A stretch of 64,000 nucleotides of DNA, taken from the NCBI GenBank assembly GCA_021783215.1, contig JAJXUB010000001.1, forward strand, positions 952 to 64,951, in the 5' to 3' direction. The stretch's first letter is position 1. Each line of letters begins with the position of its first letter. Shown one piece after another: positions 48,885-56,327 of this stretch. The notes beneath the pieces are model-generated. The model searched no databases. It saw only the letters and a program-made list of their open reading frames with translations, and was not told the DNA's origin. Origin of the DNA: Actinomycetes bacterium (GTDB lineage: Bacteria; Actinomycetota; Actinomycetes; Actinomycetales; Dermatophilaceae). Both the position numbers and the translations under genes were made by a program.

Positions 48885-49742
48885 TTGGTCCACGTGTCAC
48901 AACGGCCGGTCATCCCCACGCGCACGACCAGATCGGGCGCCGACGTCCCGGCCATCGGGTTCGGGACGTACCGGTTGAACGGGCACGCGGGCGTCGGGGT
49001 CGTCAGGGAGGCGCTGACGTCCGGCTACCGGCTGCTCGACTCGGCGTTCACCTACGAGAACGAGGGGGCCGTCGGGCGCGCGGTCCGCACCTCGGAGGTA
49101 CCCCGCGCCGACGTCCTCGTCGCCTCAAAGCTCCCCGGCCGGCACCACGCATACGACCAGGCGCGACGGACCATCGAGGAGAGCGTCCTGCGGATGGGCC
49201 TGGACCACATCGACCACTACCTCATCCACTGGCCGAACCCCCTGGGCGACAGGTACCTCGAGGCGTGGCGCGCGCTCATCGACGCCCGGGAGCGGGGGCT
49301 CGTCACCGAGATCGGCGTATGCAACTTCCTCCCCGAGCACCTCGACCGCCTCGAGGCGGAGACGGGCGTCCTGCCGTTCGTCAACCAGATCGAGCTGCAC
49401 CCCTACTTCCCGCAGGTCGAAGCGCTGGCCTACCACCGGGCTCGGGGCATACTCACCGAGGGGTGGGCCCCGCTGGGGCGTGGCAGCGACCTCCTGGCCA
49501 ACCCGACGATCGGCGACGTCGCCGCGGCCTACGACGTGACACCGGCCCAGGCGGTGCTGGCCTGGCACGTTGCCATGGGGTCGATCCCCCTGCCCAAGGC
49601 GTCATCGCCGGCGCGGCAGCGGCAGAACCTCGACGTGTTCCGCGTGCGGCTGTCCGACGCCGACCGGGACCGCATCACCGCCCTGGGACGTCCGGATGGG
49701 CGTATCGGCGGCCTGGACCCGGCGACGCACGAGGAGCTCTGA
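48885..49742 (+). CDS. Aldo/keto reductase (2,5-diketo-D-gluconate reductase-like)
   Basis: GFGTYRL, LDSAFTYENE, LVASKL, YLIHWP, NQIELHPY, PKASSP.R. Start is TTG 48885 or GTG 48894. Confidence 0.88.
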   Translation: MVHVSQRPVIPTRTTRSGADVPAIGFGTYRLNGHAGVGVVREALTSGYRLLDSAFTYENEGAVGRAVRTSEVPRADVLVASKLPGRHHAYDQARRTIEESVLRMGLDHIDHYLIHWPNPLGDRYLEAWRALIDARERGLVTEIGVCNFLPEHLDRLEAETGVLPFVNQIELHPYFPQVEALAYHRARGILTEGWAPLGRGSDLLANPTIGDVAAAYDVTPAQAVLAWHVAMGSIPLPKASSPARQRQNLDVFRVRLSDADRDRITALGRPDGRIGGLDPATHEEL

Positions 49743-49756
49743 GGCAGCGCCGGGCG

Positions 49757-50272
49757 TCAGCCGACCTTGTGCAGCCAGCGGACCGGGGCACCGTCGCCGG
49801 CGTACCGGAAGACCTCGAGCTCGGCGTCCCAGTCGCGGCCGAGAAGCTCGTCGAGCATCTCCTCGAGCGCCTCGGGAGAGCCCTGGGCGAGCATGATGGC
49901 CTCGCGGAGCCGGTCCTCGCCGACGACCGCGTCGCCGTTCGCGGACGTCCGCGTGTGGTGGATGCCAAGGCTCGGCGTATGCGACCAGCGCGCGCCGTCG
50001 GCACCCTCGGACGGCTCTTCGGTGATCTCGTAGCGGACGCCCTGAAACCCGCGCAGGGCCGAGGCGAGGGCGGCGCCGGTCCCCTGGGCGCCCCGCCACG
50101 ACAGCTCACCGCGGACGAGGCCGGGGGCGGCAGGCTGAGGGATCCAGTCGATGGAGACCCGCTGGCCCAGGGCACCCTCGAGCGCCCAGACGACGTGCGG
50201 ACACAGCGAAGCCGGGGTCGAGTGAATGAACACCACCCCGCGCGTGACGATGTGCGCCATCGCAACCGACAT
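49757..50272 (-). CDS. DUF3145-family protein
   Basis: 171-aa ORF: RGVVFIHSTPASLCPHVVWAL...LSWRG. GGAGA lies 5 nt upstream of ATG 50272. Confidence 0.7.
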   Translation of the reverse strand: MSVAMAHIVTRGVVFIHSTPASLCPHVVWALEGALGQRVSIDWIPQPAAPGLVRGELSWRGAQGTGAALASALRGFQGVRYEITEEPSEGADGARWSHTPSLGIHHTRTSANGDAVVGEDRLREAIMLAQGSPEALEEMLDELLGRDWDAELEVFRYAGDGAPVRWLHKVG

Positions 50273-50474
50273 CCGGGTCTCCGTTTCGTGCGTGGGACGT
50301 CTTCCCCAACGCCGCGCACAAGGGGCGGATGACCGGCAGCTGCCGATGCGTCAGTCTTCGGTTGTGCCACCCATTGTGCCTCATGGACCTCATGTGCACC
50401 AGAGGCCACCGCAGGCACGACCGACGACCAGGCCGCTCGGCGTACGCCGTCCCGGTAGGCTCCGAGGGCCGCAC

Positions 50475-50548
50475 GGGGCGGTAGCTCAGTCGGTCAGAGC
50501 AGCGGACTCATAATCCGTCGGTCGTGGGTTCAAGCCCCACCCGCCCCA
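50475..50548 (+). tRNA. tRNA-Met (anticodon CAT), elongator type
   Basis: Manual cloverleaf: GGGGCGG-TA-GCTC..GAGC-A-GCGGA-CTCATAA-TCCGT-..-GTGGG-TTCAAGC-CCCAC-CCGCCCC-A. The G1:C72 pair argues against an initiator tRNA. tRNA-Ile2 (lysidine) is not excluded. Confidence 0.9.
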
Positions 50549-50557
50549 CCCGCGCGC

Positions 50558-50605
50558 GTTACCGCCTGGTACTGGTCGTGATCGCGACCAGTACCAGGCG
50601 GTAAC
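50558..50605. repeat. Perfect 21-bp inverted repeat (GTTACCGCCTGGTACTGGTCG / 6-nt spacer / CGACCAGTACCAGGCGGTAAC)
   Basis: Read directly. Starts 9 nt after tRNA-Met. GC is lower than the surroundings. No U-tract. Confidence 0.85.
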
Positions 50606-50611
50606 ACAGGA

Positions 50612-50770
50612 TTGGGGCGAGGGTCCGGCCCGTCGTTCGTCCCCCACCCGGTAGTGGAGCCCGAGCAGCTGTCTGTAGAACTCCGCAAGCGCCCTGGCAT
50701 CCGGAGCATCGATGGCCGTCTGCAACAGCTCCGGGTAGCCACCGGCACCGGCCGGCGCGACGTCGGTCAC
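50612..50770 (-). pseudogene. 5' fragment of a VOC/glyoxalase-family gene, truncated at the inverted repeat
   Basis: The minus frame gives V..YPELLQTAIDAPDARALAEFYRQLLGLHYRVGDE.., like the N-terminus of actinobacterial VOC proteins. Similarity ends about 45 codons in, and the frame then runs through the repeat and antisense to the tRNA. Confidence 0.5.
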
Positions 50771-50778
50771 CGCGCGCC

Positions 50779-51252
50779 CTATACCCCGCGCGCCGTCGAC
50801 CCCTCGTCGTGCGCCGTCCCCTCGACATCCGTGCTGGCCTCGGTCTCGTCGCGGTAGGCCGGACGCGCTTCCTCGAGACGGTGGCCCTCCTTGTCCGTCG
50901 GGACATCGGGGTCGAGCGCGTCCGCCCGCCGCAGCTGCTCGGCGTGCGCGGCCTGGGCCTGCCCGAGGCTCTCCTGGTCCCGTTCGTGCTCGGTGCGGAT
51001 CTGGCGCGCCCGCGCCGCCGCCTCGTCCGCCTCCGCCTGGGTCTTGCGGTACTGCGCCTCGGTCTCGTCGGCCTTCGCCTGACGTTCCTCGACGAGGCGC
51101 TCGTGCTCGGCCGCCTGCTCGCGGATCTTCGCGGCTTCGGCCCGGTTGGCCTCCTCCCGGCGTGCCCGCGCCGCCCGCGCCATGACGAGGACGACGAGGA
51201 GAAGGACGATCGCGGCGACGACGATGAGCCACGTCAGCTGGGTCTTGCTCAT
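50779..51252 (-). CDS. Membrane-anchored coiled-coil protein (hypothetical)
   Basis: 157-aa ORF with an N-terminal TM (LTWLIVVAAIVLLLVVLVM) followed by an E/A/R/Q-rich helix. Confidence 0.6.
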   Translation of the reverse strand: MSKTQLTWLIVVAAIVLLLVVLVMARAARARREEANRAEAAKIREQAAEHERLVEERQAKADETEAQYRKTQAEADEAAARARQIRTEHERDQESLGQAQAAHAEQLRRADALDPDVPTDKEGHRLEEARPAYRDETEASTDVEGTAHDEGSTARGV

Positions 51253-51333
51253 GGGTGCCCCCTGTGGTGAGCCTGGTCACGGCGTATGCCCTGGTCCTGC
51301 CGAACCTATCCGCTGAGAGGGGACGGGTGTGGC

Positions 51334-52830
51334 TTAGGCGTCCGCCGACCTGACGGTCCCCGGGGACGCCTCGAGCCTGCTGGGCCCCTTCGGCGCATGC
51401 GCGAGGAGGAAGGTATGCATGTCCGCCGCAGCCGCCTTCCCCGCCCCCATGGCGCTGATGACCGTGGCTGCCCCAGTGACGACGTCACCCCCGGCCCACA
51501 CCCCCTCGAGGTGGGTCCTCCCGGTCGCCTCGTCGGCGAGGACCGTGCCCCAGCGGCTCCGGTCGAGGTTCGCGGCTCCGGTGAACACCAAGGGGTTCGG
51601 GCTCGTGCCCAGGGCGAAGATGACGGTGTCGGCGACCAGGTCCAGCTCCGACCCCGCGACGGCACGGGGCCGACGGCGTCCCGACTCGTCGGGCTCGCCG
51701 AGCTCCATGCGAACACACCGCAGCGCGGTCACCCGGCCGCCGTCACCGAGCACGGCGACCGGGTTGGTGAGGAAGTCGAAGACGACGCCCTCCTCGACGG
51801 CGTGCGTGTACTCCTCGCGACGGGCCGGGACCTCCGCCTCGGACCGCCGGTAGACGACGTGGACCTCACCCGGACCGGTCTGCGGGTGCGCCGCGGCGCG
51901 AAGCCGCTGGAGCCGCAGGGCGGACCGCGCCGCGTCCATCGCAACGTTGCCGGCGCCGATGACGGCGACCCGCTCCCCAGCCTTGACCGGCGTGTCGTAC
52001 TCCGGGAACGCATACCCCCTCATGAGGTTGACCCGGGTGAGGAGCTCGTTGGCGCTGAAGACCCCGTTGAGGTTCGTCCCGGGGATGTCCATGAACGCCG
52101 GCAGGCCCGCGCCGGTCCCGAGGAACACCGCGTCGTAGTCCTCGCGCAGCTCCACGAGGGTGTACGTCGTCCCGATGACGTGGTCGGTCCGAAGCTCGAT
52201 GTTGAGGTGCTCGACCGCCGTTCGCACCTCGGCCGTGATGATCGACCTCGGGAGCCGGAACTCCGGGATCCCATACGCCAGCACCCCACCGGGAAGGTGG
52301 AGCGACTCGAAGATCGTCACGGCGTGACCGAGCTTGGCCAGGTCGACGGCGCACGTCAGGCCCGATGGACCCGAGCCGACGACGGCGACCCGACGGCCGG
52401 TGTGCTCGAGCGGCGCCGCGGGGAGGATGTGCTGCTGGAGGGCGTGGTCGCCGAGGAACCGTTCGAGCCGCCCGATGGCGACCGGCTCGTGCTTGGCGCC
52501 CAGCGTGCAGCGGGCCTCGCACTGGGACTCCTGGGGGCAGACGCGCCCACAGACGGCCGGGAGGCTGTTGCGCTCGGTGAGCGCGTCGACCGCGGCGGCG
52601 AGGTCGCCGTCACCCAGGGCGAGGAGGACGTCGGGGATGCGGACGCCGACGGGGCAGCCGTCGACGCAGTGCGGATTCTTGCACTGGATGCACCGCTGTG
52701 CCTCGAGCCGGGCAGCCTCCCATGTCAGCCCGAGGGCGACCTCCTCGAAGTTCGCCGCCCGCTCGTGTGCATCCTGGGTCGGCATGTCCTGGCGCGGAAT
52801 GGCATACCGCTCCTTGTTGCTCAGCGTCAT
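51334..52830 (-). CDS. GltD-like NADPH oxidoreductase subunit (NfnB/SudA-type: 2x[4Fe-4S] plus FAD/NAD(P))
   Basis: 498 codons: CIQCKNPHCVDGCP, CGRVCPQESQCEARC, VAVVGSGPSGL, VIGAGNVAMD. Confidence 0.85.
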   Translation of the reverse strand: MTLSNKERYAIPRQDMPTQDAHERAANFEEVALGLTWEAARLEAQRCIQCKNPHCVDGCPVGVRIPDVLLALGDGDLAAAVDALTERNSLPAVCGRVCPQESQCEARCTLGAKHEPVAIGRLERFLGDHALQQHILPAAPLEHTGRRVAVVGSGPSGLTCAVDLAKLGHAVTIFESLHLPGGVLAYGIPEFRLPRSIITAEVRTAVEHLNIELRTDHVIGTTYTLVELREDYDAVFLGTGAGLPAFMDIPGTNLNGVFSANELLTRVNLMRGYAFPEYDTPVKAGERVAVIGAGNVAMDAARSALRLQRLRAAAHPQTGPGEVHVVYRRSEAEVPARREEYTHAVEEGVVFDFLTNPVAVLGDGGRVTALRCVRMELGEPDESGRRRPRAVAGSELDLVADTVIFALGTSPNPLVFTGAANLDRSRWGTVLADEATGRTHLEGVWAGGDVVTGAATVISAMGAGKAAAADMHTFLLAHAPKGPSRLEASPGTVRSADA

Positions 52831-53699
52831 CGCAGCGCCACCGTCTCGCGCACACAGCCCGTATGCCGTGCATGGGCGGCCTCGAGAGCCTCCCGCTCCT
52901 CGGGCCGGTAGTAGGTGATGCGCCCGAGGAGGTTGTCCCAGTCGACGTCGTGGCCGTCGAACTCGGGCCCGTCGACGCAGACGAACTTCGCACCGTCGGA
53001 CACGGAGACGCGACAGCCGCCGCACATCCCGGTCCCGTCCACCATGATCGTGTTGAGGCTGACGGTCGTCGGGGCGCCGAAGGGCTCCGTCGCCCGGCTG
53101 ACCGCCCGCATCATGATCGTCGGGCCGATGGCCCACACATGCGGCATCGGCTCCCCGGCGTCGGACATCCGCTGAAGACGCTCGACCAGCGGGTCGGTGA
53201 CGAGGCCGCGCCGACCTGCGCTTCCGTCGTCCGTGCAGACGACGACCTCGTCGCAGACACGGGCCATCCGGTCCTGCCAGAAGAGGAGGTCCGCGCGTCG
53301 TGCGCCGAGGACGGAGACGACGTGGTTGCCGACCGCCTTGAGATCGCGGGCGATCGGGTAGATCGGTGCGACCCCGACGCCGCCGGCGACACAGACGACC
53401 GTCCCGTGCCGCGCGAGCTTCGTCGGGTGCCCGAGCGGGCCGGCCACCGACGTGAAGGCGTCGCCGGCTTCGAGGGTGAGCATCTCCTCCGTCGACTTCC
53501 CGACCGCCTGGACGACCAGGGTGATCGTCCCTCGGTCCCGGTCGTGGTCCGCGATCGTCAGCGGGATCCGCTCGCCATGCTCCCCCGCGATGACGATGAC
53601 GAACTGGCCGGCACGAGCGCTCCGCGCGACGTGGGGGGCGACGACCTCGATGAGGCCCGTCGCGCCGGTGAGGGCCTGCGTACGACGGACGGCATACAT
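52827..53699 (-). CDS. Sulfide/dihydroorotate-dehydrogenase-like FAD/NAD-binding subunit (NfnA/SudB-type)
   Basis: 290-aa ORF: FNR-like fold (GQFVIV, RIPLTIAD, CVAGGVGVAP) plus a C-terminal Cys cluster GMCGGCRV...CVDGP. ATGA overlap with the partner gene. Confidence 0.85.
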   Translation of the reverse strand: MYAVRRTQALTGATGLIEVVAPHVARSARAGQFVIVIAGEHGERIPLTIADHDRDRGTITLVVQAVGKSTEEMLTLEAGDAFTSVAGPLGHPTKLARHGTVVCVAGGVGVAPIYPIARDLKAVGNHVVSVLGARRADLLFWQDRMARVCDEVVVCTDDGSAGRRGLVTDPLVERLQRMSDAGEPMPHVWAIGPTIMMRAVSRATEPFGAPTTVSLNTIMVDGTGMCGGCRVSVSDGAKFVCVDGPEFDGHDVDWDNLLGRITYYRPEEREALEAAHARHTGCVRETVALR

Positions 53700-53839
53700 T
53701 CACGTCACCCCATGTGTGCGCCCGCTCCCCGCGGCCGCCCCAGCTTGCTGTGGTTCGTACGCTACGCCGCAGCCGCGGCACGGAGTGGGCGGGGTCGCGG
53801 GGTCGCTCCCCACGTGACGGGACACGGGAACCCCCGGGA

Positions 53840-53845
53840 TAGGTT
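53840..53845 (+). promoter_or_regulatory. Candidate -10 hexamer TAGGTT, 6 nt upstream of the ABC ATPase ATG (leaderless?)
   Basis: Reads GGGATAGGTTGCGACCATG. No SD. Confidence 0.3.
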
Positions 53846-53851
53846 GCGACC

Positions 53852-54592
53852 ATGACCGAAGCGCTCGTCGCCCTGCGCGGCGTCACCAAGCGCTTCGGGG
53901 AGCTCGTGGTCCTTTCGGACGTCGACCTCGACGTCACGCGGGGCGAGGTCGTCGTCCTCCTCGGCCCGTCGGGAGCCGGCAAGTCGACCCTTCTGCGCAC
54001 CATCAACGGTCTCGAGCGCATCGAGAAGGGGACGATCACCATCGACGGCATCCCCTTGCCCGAGGACGGTCCCGGGCTCGCCGCCCTCCGTGCGGACGTC
54101 GGCATGGTGTTCCAGGGCTACAACCTTCTCGCCCACCGCAGCGTCCTCGACAACGTCACGCTCGGGCCGACCCGCGTGCGGGGCGTGGCCGCGGCCGCCG
54201 CCGAGCAGGAGGCGATGGAGCTCCTCCGACGTGTCGGGGTGGCGGACAAGGCGACGAGGATGCCGGCCGAGCTCTCCGGTGGCCAGCAGCAGCGGGTCGC
54301 CATCGCCCGTTCCCTCGCCATGCACCCGAAGGTCATCCTCTTCGACGAGCCGACGTCGGCGCTCGACCCCGAGATGGTCAACGAGGTCCTCGACGTCATG
54401 GTGGCCTTGGCGCGGGACGGCCGGACGATGATCGTCGTCACTCACGAGATGCGCTTCGCGAGATCCGTCGCCGACCGCGTCGTGTTCATGGACGCCGGTC
54501 ACATCATCGAGACGGGCACGCCTGCGGAGTTCTTCGCCCGTCCCCAAAGCGACCGGGCACGAGACTTCCTCGGCAGAATCCTCCATGAGTGA
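53852..54592 (+). CDS. Polar amino-acid ABC transporter ATP-binding protein (GluA/GlnQ-like)
   Basis: 246-aa ORF: Walker [10 protein letters not shown], signature LSGGQQQR, Walker [12 protein letters not shown]. Confidence 0.92.
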   Translation: MTEALVALRGVTKRFGELVVLSDVDLDVTRGEVVVLLGPSGAGKSTLLRTINGLERIEKGTITIDGIPLPEDGPGLAALRADVGMVFQGYNLLAHRSVLDNVTLGPTRVRGVAAAAAEQEAMELLRRVGVADKATRMPAELSGGQQQRVAIARSLAMHPKVILFDEPTSALDPEMVNEVLDVMVALARDGRTMIVVTHEMRFARSVADRVVFMDAGHIIETGTPAEFFARPQSDRARDFLGRILHE

Positions 54593-55424
54593 CCGGACCG
54601 GCCACCCGACGCAGAGGCCGTTGCCGTGGCGACGGCGCACCGTGGCCGCCCTCGGGGTCGCGGTCGCGCTCGTGCTCGCTGGGTGCGGGACCTCCCGCGA
54701 GATCCGCATCGGGATCAGCCTCGACGAGCCGGGGCTCGGCATGAGGACGGGGAACGGCTACTCGGGCTTCGACGTCGACGTCGCGCGGTACGTCGCCGCG
54801 CGCCTCGGGTACTCCAGCGACGAGATCCGGTTCGTCCAGGTCCACTCGGCCGATCGTGAGGGCCTGGTCCGCACCGGCCAGGTCACCCTCGTCGTCGCGA
54901 CGTACTCCATCACGGACTGGCGCACGCGTTCCGTGTCCTTCGCCGGCCCCTACTTCCTCGCCGGCCAGGGCCTTCTCGTCCGGACCGACACCACGGACGT
55001 CACCGGGCCGGCCTCCCTGAGCGGGCACACGGTGTGCACCGCTCGCGGGTCGACGTCGGCGAGCCGAGTCAAGTCGATGGTGGCGGGAGTCGTCCTCCAG
55101 GAGGACGCCACCTACACCCAATGCGTCGACTCCCTCGTTGCCGGCAGCGTCGACGCCGTGACGACCGACGACGTCATCCTGGCCGGCTACGCCTCCGACC
55201 CCCGCTACAAGGGCAAGGTCAGGGTCGTCGGGAGAACCTTCTCCCAGGAGAGGTACGGGATCGCCTTCACCTCGGGTGACACCGCGCTCTGCACGAAGGT
55301 CACCGACGCCATCAGGGCCATGATCTCGGACGGTTCGTGGCAGCGGTTCGCGACGAGCAGCTTCGGGCCCCGGGGCTTCAGACCCGACCCAGGCAACCCT
55401 CCGACGCCCGACGCCTGCCCCTGA
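54585..55424 (+). CDS. Amino-acid ABC transporter substrate-binding lipoprotein (GluB-like)
   Basis: 279-aa ORF: lipobox LAGCG, family-3 SBP pattern ([25 protein letters not shown]). No permease gene follows. Confidence 0.88.
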   Translation: MSDRTGHPTQRPLPWRRRTVAALGVAVALVLAGCGTSREIRIGISLDEPGLGMRTGNGYSGFDVDVARYVAARLGYSSDEIRFVQVHSADREGLVRTGQVTLVVATYSITDWRTRSVSFAGPYFLAGQGLLVRTDTTDVTGPASLSGHTVCTARGSTSASRVKSMVAGVVLQEDATYTQCVDSLVAGSVDAVTTDDVILAGYASDPRYKGKVRVVGRTFSQERYGIAFTSGDTALCTKVTDAIRAMISDGSWQRFATSSFGPRGFRPDPGNPPTPDACP

Positions 55425-55436
55425 GAGCGCTGAGGC

Positions 55437-55700
55437 GCTCGGACGTCACCGGCCGAGACGGACTCCTCTTCCTGCCCCGGATGGCAGCCGGCTGTCCGAG
55501 ACGAGGTTTCGGAAGGCTTCCGGCGGCTGGCTCGTTGTTCGCGAGGCGCTGGGGCGCCCGATCAACGTCCACGACCTGGCAGCGACCGGCGCTACGCGGA
55601 TGGCCCAGCGGGGGGCGCACGTCGACGACGTGAAGGGGTTCGTTGGGGACAGCTCGACCCGAGCGGCCGTGCGCTACGTGAGAGCGACACGGAGCGGGGT
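55437..55700 (+). pseudogene. Degenerate, frameshifted C-terminal fragment of a tyrosine recombinase (phage-type integrase)
   Basis: Frame 2 gives ..LRRSDVTGRDGLLFLPR..G... Frame 1 gives FRKASGGWLVVREALGRPINVHDLAATGATRMAQRGAHVDDVKGFVGDSSTRAAVRYVRAT. This follows the ..HDLRHT.AT....G......LGH.S....YxH layout, but with the Arg of HxLR and the His of GH replaced. Confidence 0.5.
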
Positions 55701-56239
55701 GGATGACCTCACCGCGGCCGCGTCCGCAACCGTCGACCTCGGAACGGCCGGGCGAACGATGAACGGAAACGGACCGGTGCGCGCGGTCCGCGTCCACTGC
55801 GATCAGCACCGCAACAGGTGCGAACCACGATCAGGACCTCCACCAGGATCGCCCCGGAGAGTCCGGAGACTCACCGGTGCGAGAGCTCAGCGGCGAGCCG
55901 GGTCTGCTACCAGTCGGTTCCGCGTGCGCGCCGGCGTTGCTCGGGACGGGTCCGTACTCGGCCAGCGACCGGCCGGCCGCGGTCGGCAGGTCTCACGAGG
56001 GCCTCGCCTGCGGCCCTCGGGTGCGGGGTGCCGGCGCCGGCGGCGAGGACGGAGCGCACCTCCACGGCCCTCCACCGCCCGAACGCGGCCGCGCGTTCGG
56101 GCGGCGACCGGCGCCGGCGGCCCAGCCCGAGGGGGCCGTGGGCGGCTCCACGTCCGTGGCGAGGGCGTCGCGATCTCCACGTGATCACCACATAGCGGGC
56201 ACCGGTTCCCCACAGGGCCGGACCACGCTGACCGAGTGA

Positions 56240-56271
56240 CCGGCCGGTGGGCGCAGGGGTCCACCGGCCGG
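56240..56271. repeat. 11-bp inverted repeat CCGGCCGGTGG-N10-CCACCGGCCGG upstream of the large secreted-protein gene
   Basis: Read directly. Lies about 57-88 nt upstream of ATG 56328. Could be an operator or a hairpin. Confidence 0.5.
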
Positions 56272-56327
56272 CGGGCAGAGCCCCCGGGCGTCCGACGGCC
56301 CGGGGTCGCGGATGAGAGGACGAGCAG

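Noticed and set aside
50475-50548. tRNA-Met as the initiator tRNA.
   Set aside because: It has a normal G1:C72 pair and lacks the three consecutive G:C pairs at the bottom of the anticodon stem. Elongator Met (or possibly Ile2) is more likely.
55380-55450. Direct repeat of the tRNA-Asn 3' end (att site) at the distal edge of the accessory block.
   Set aside because: I compared the tRNA-Asn 3' half (CTCCCCCGGTTGGACTCGAACC...) by eye with the sequence around 55.38-55.45 kb and 62.3-62.5 kb and found no convincing match. The island boundaries therefore remain undefined.
55437-55700. A functional integrase gene, which would imply an active integrative element.
   Set aside because: Only about 90 C-terminal residues are recognisable. 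They are split over two reading frames. The central part of the catalytic domain is missing, and two catalytic positions are substituted.
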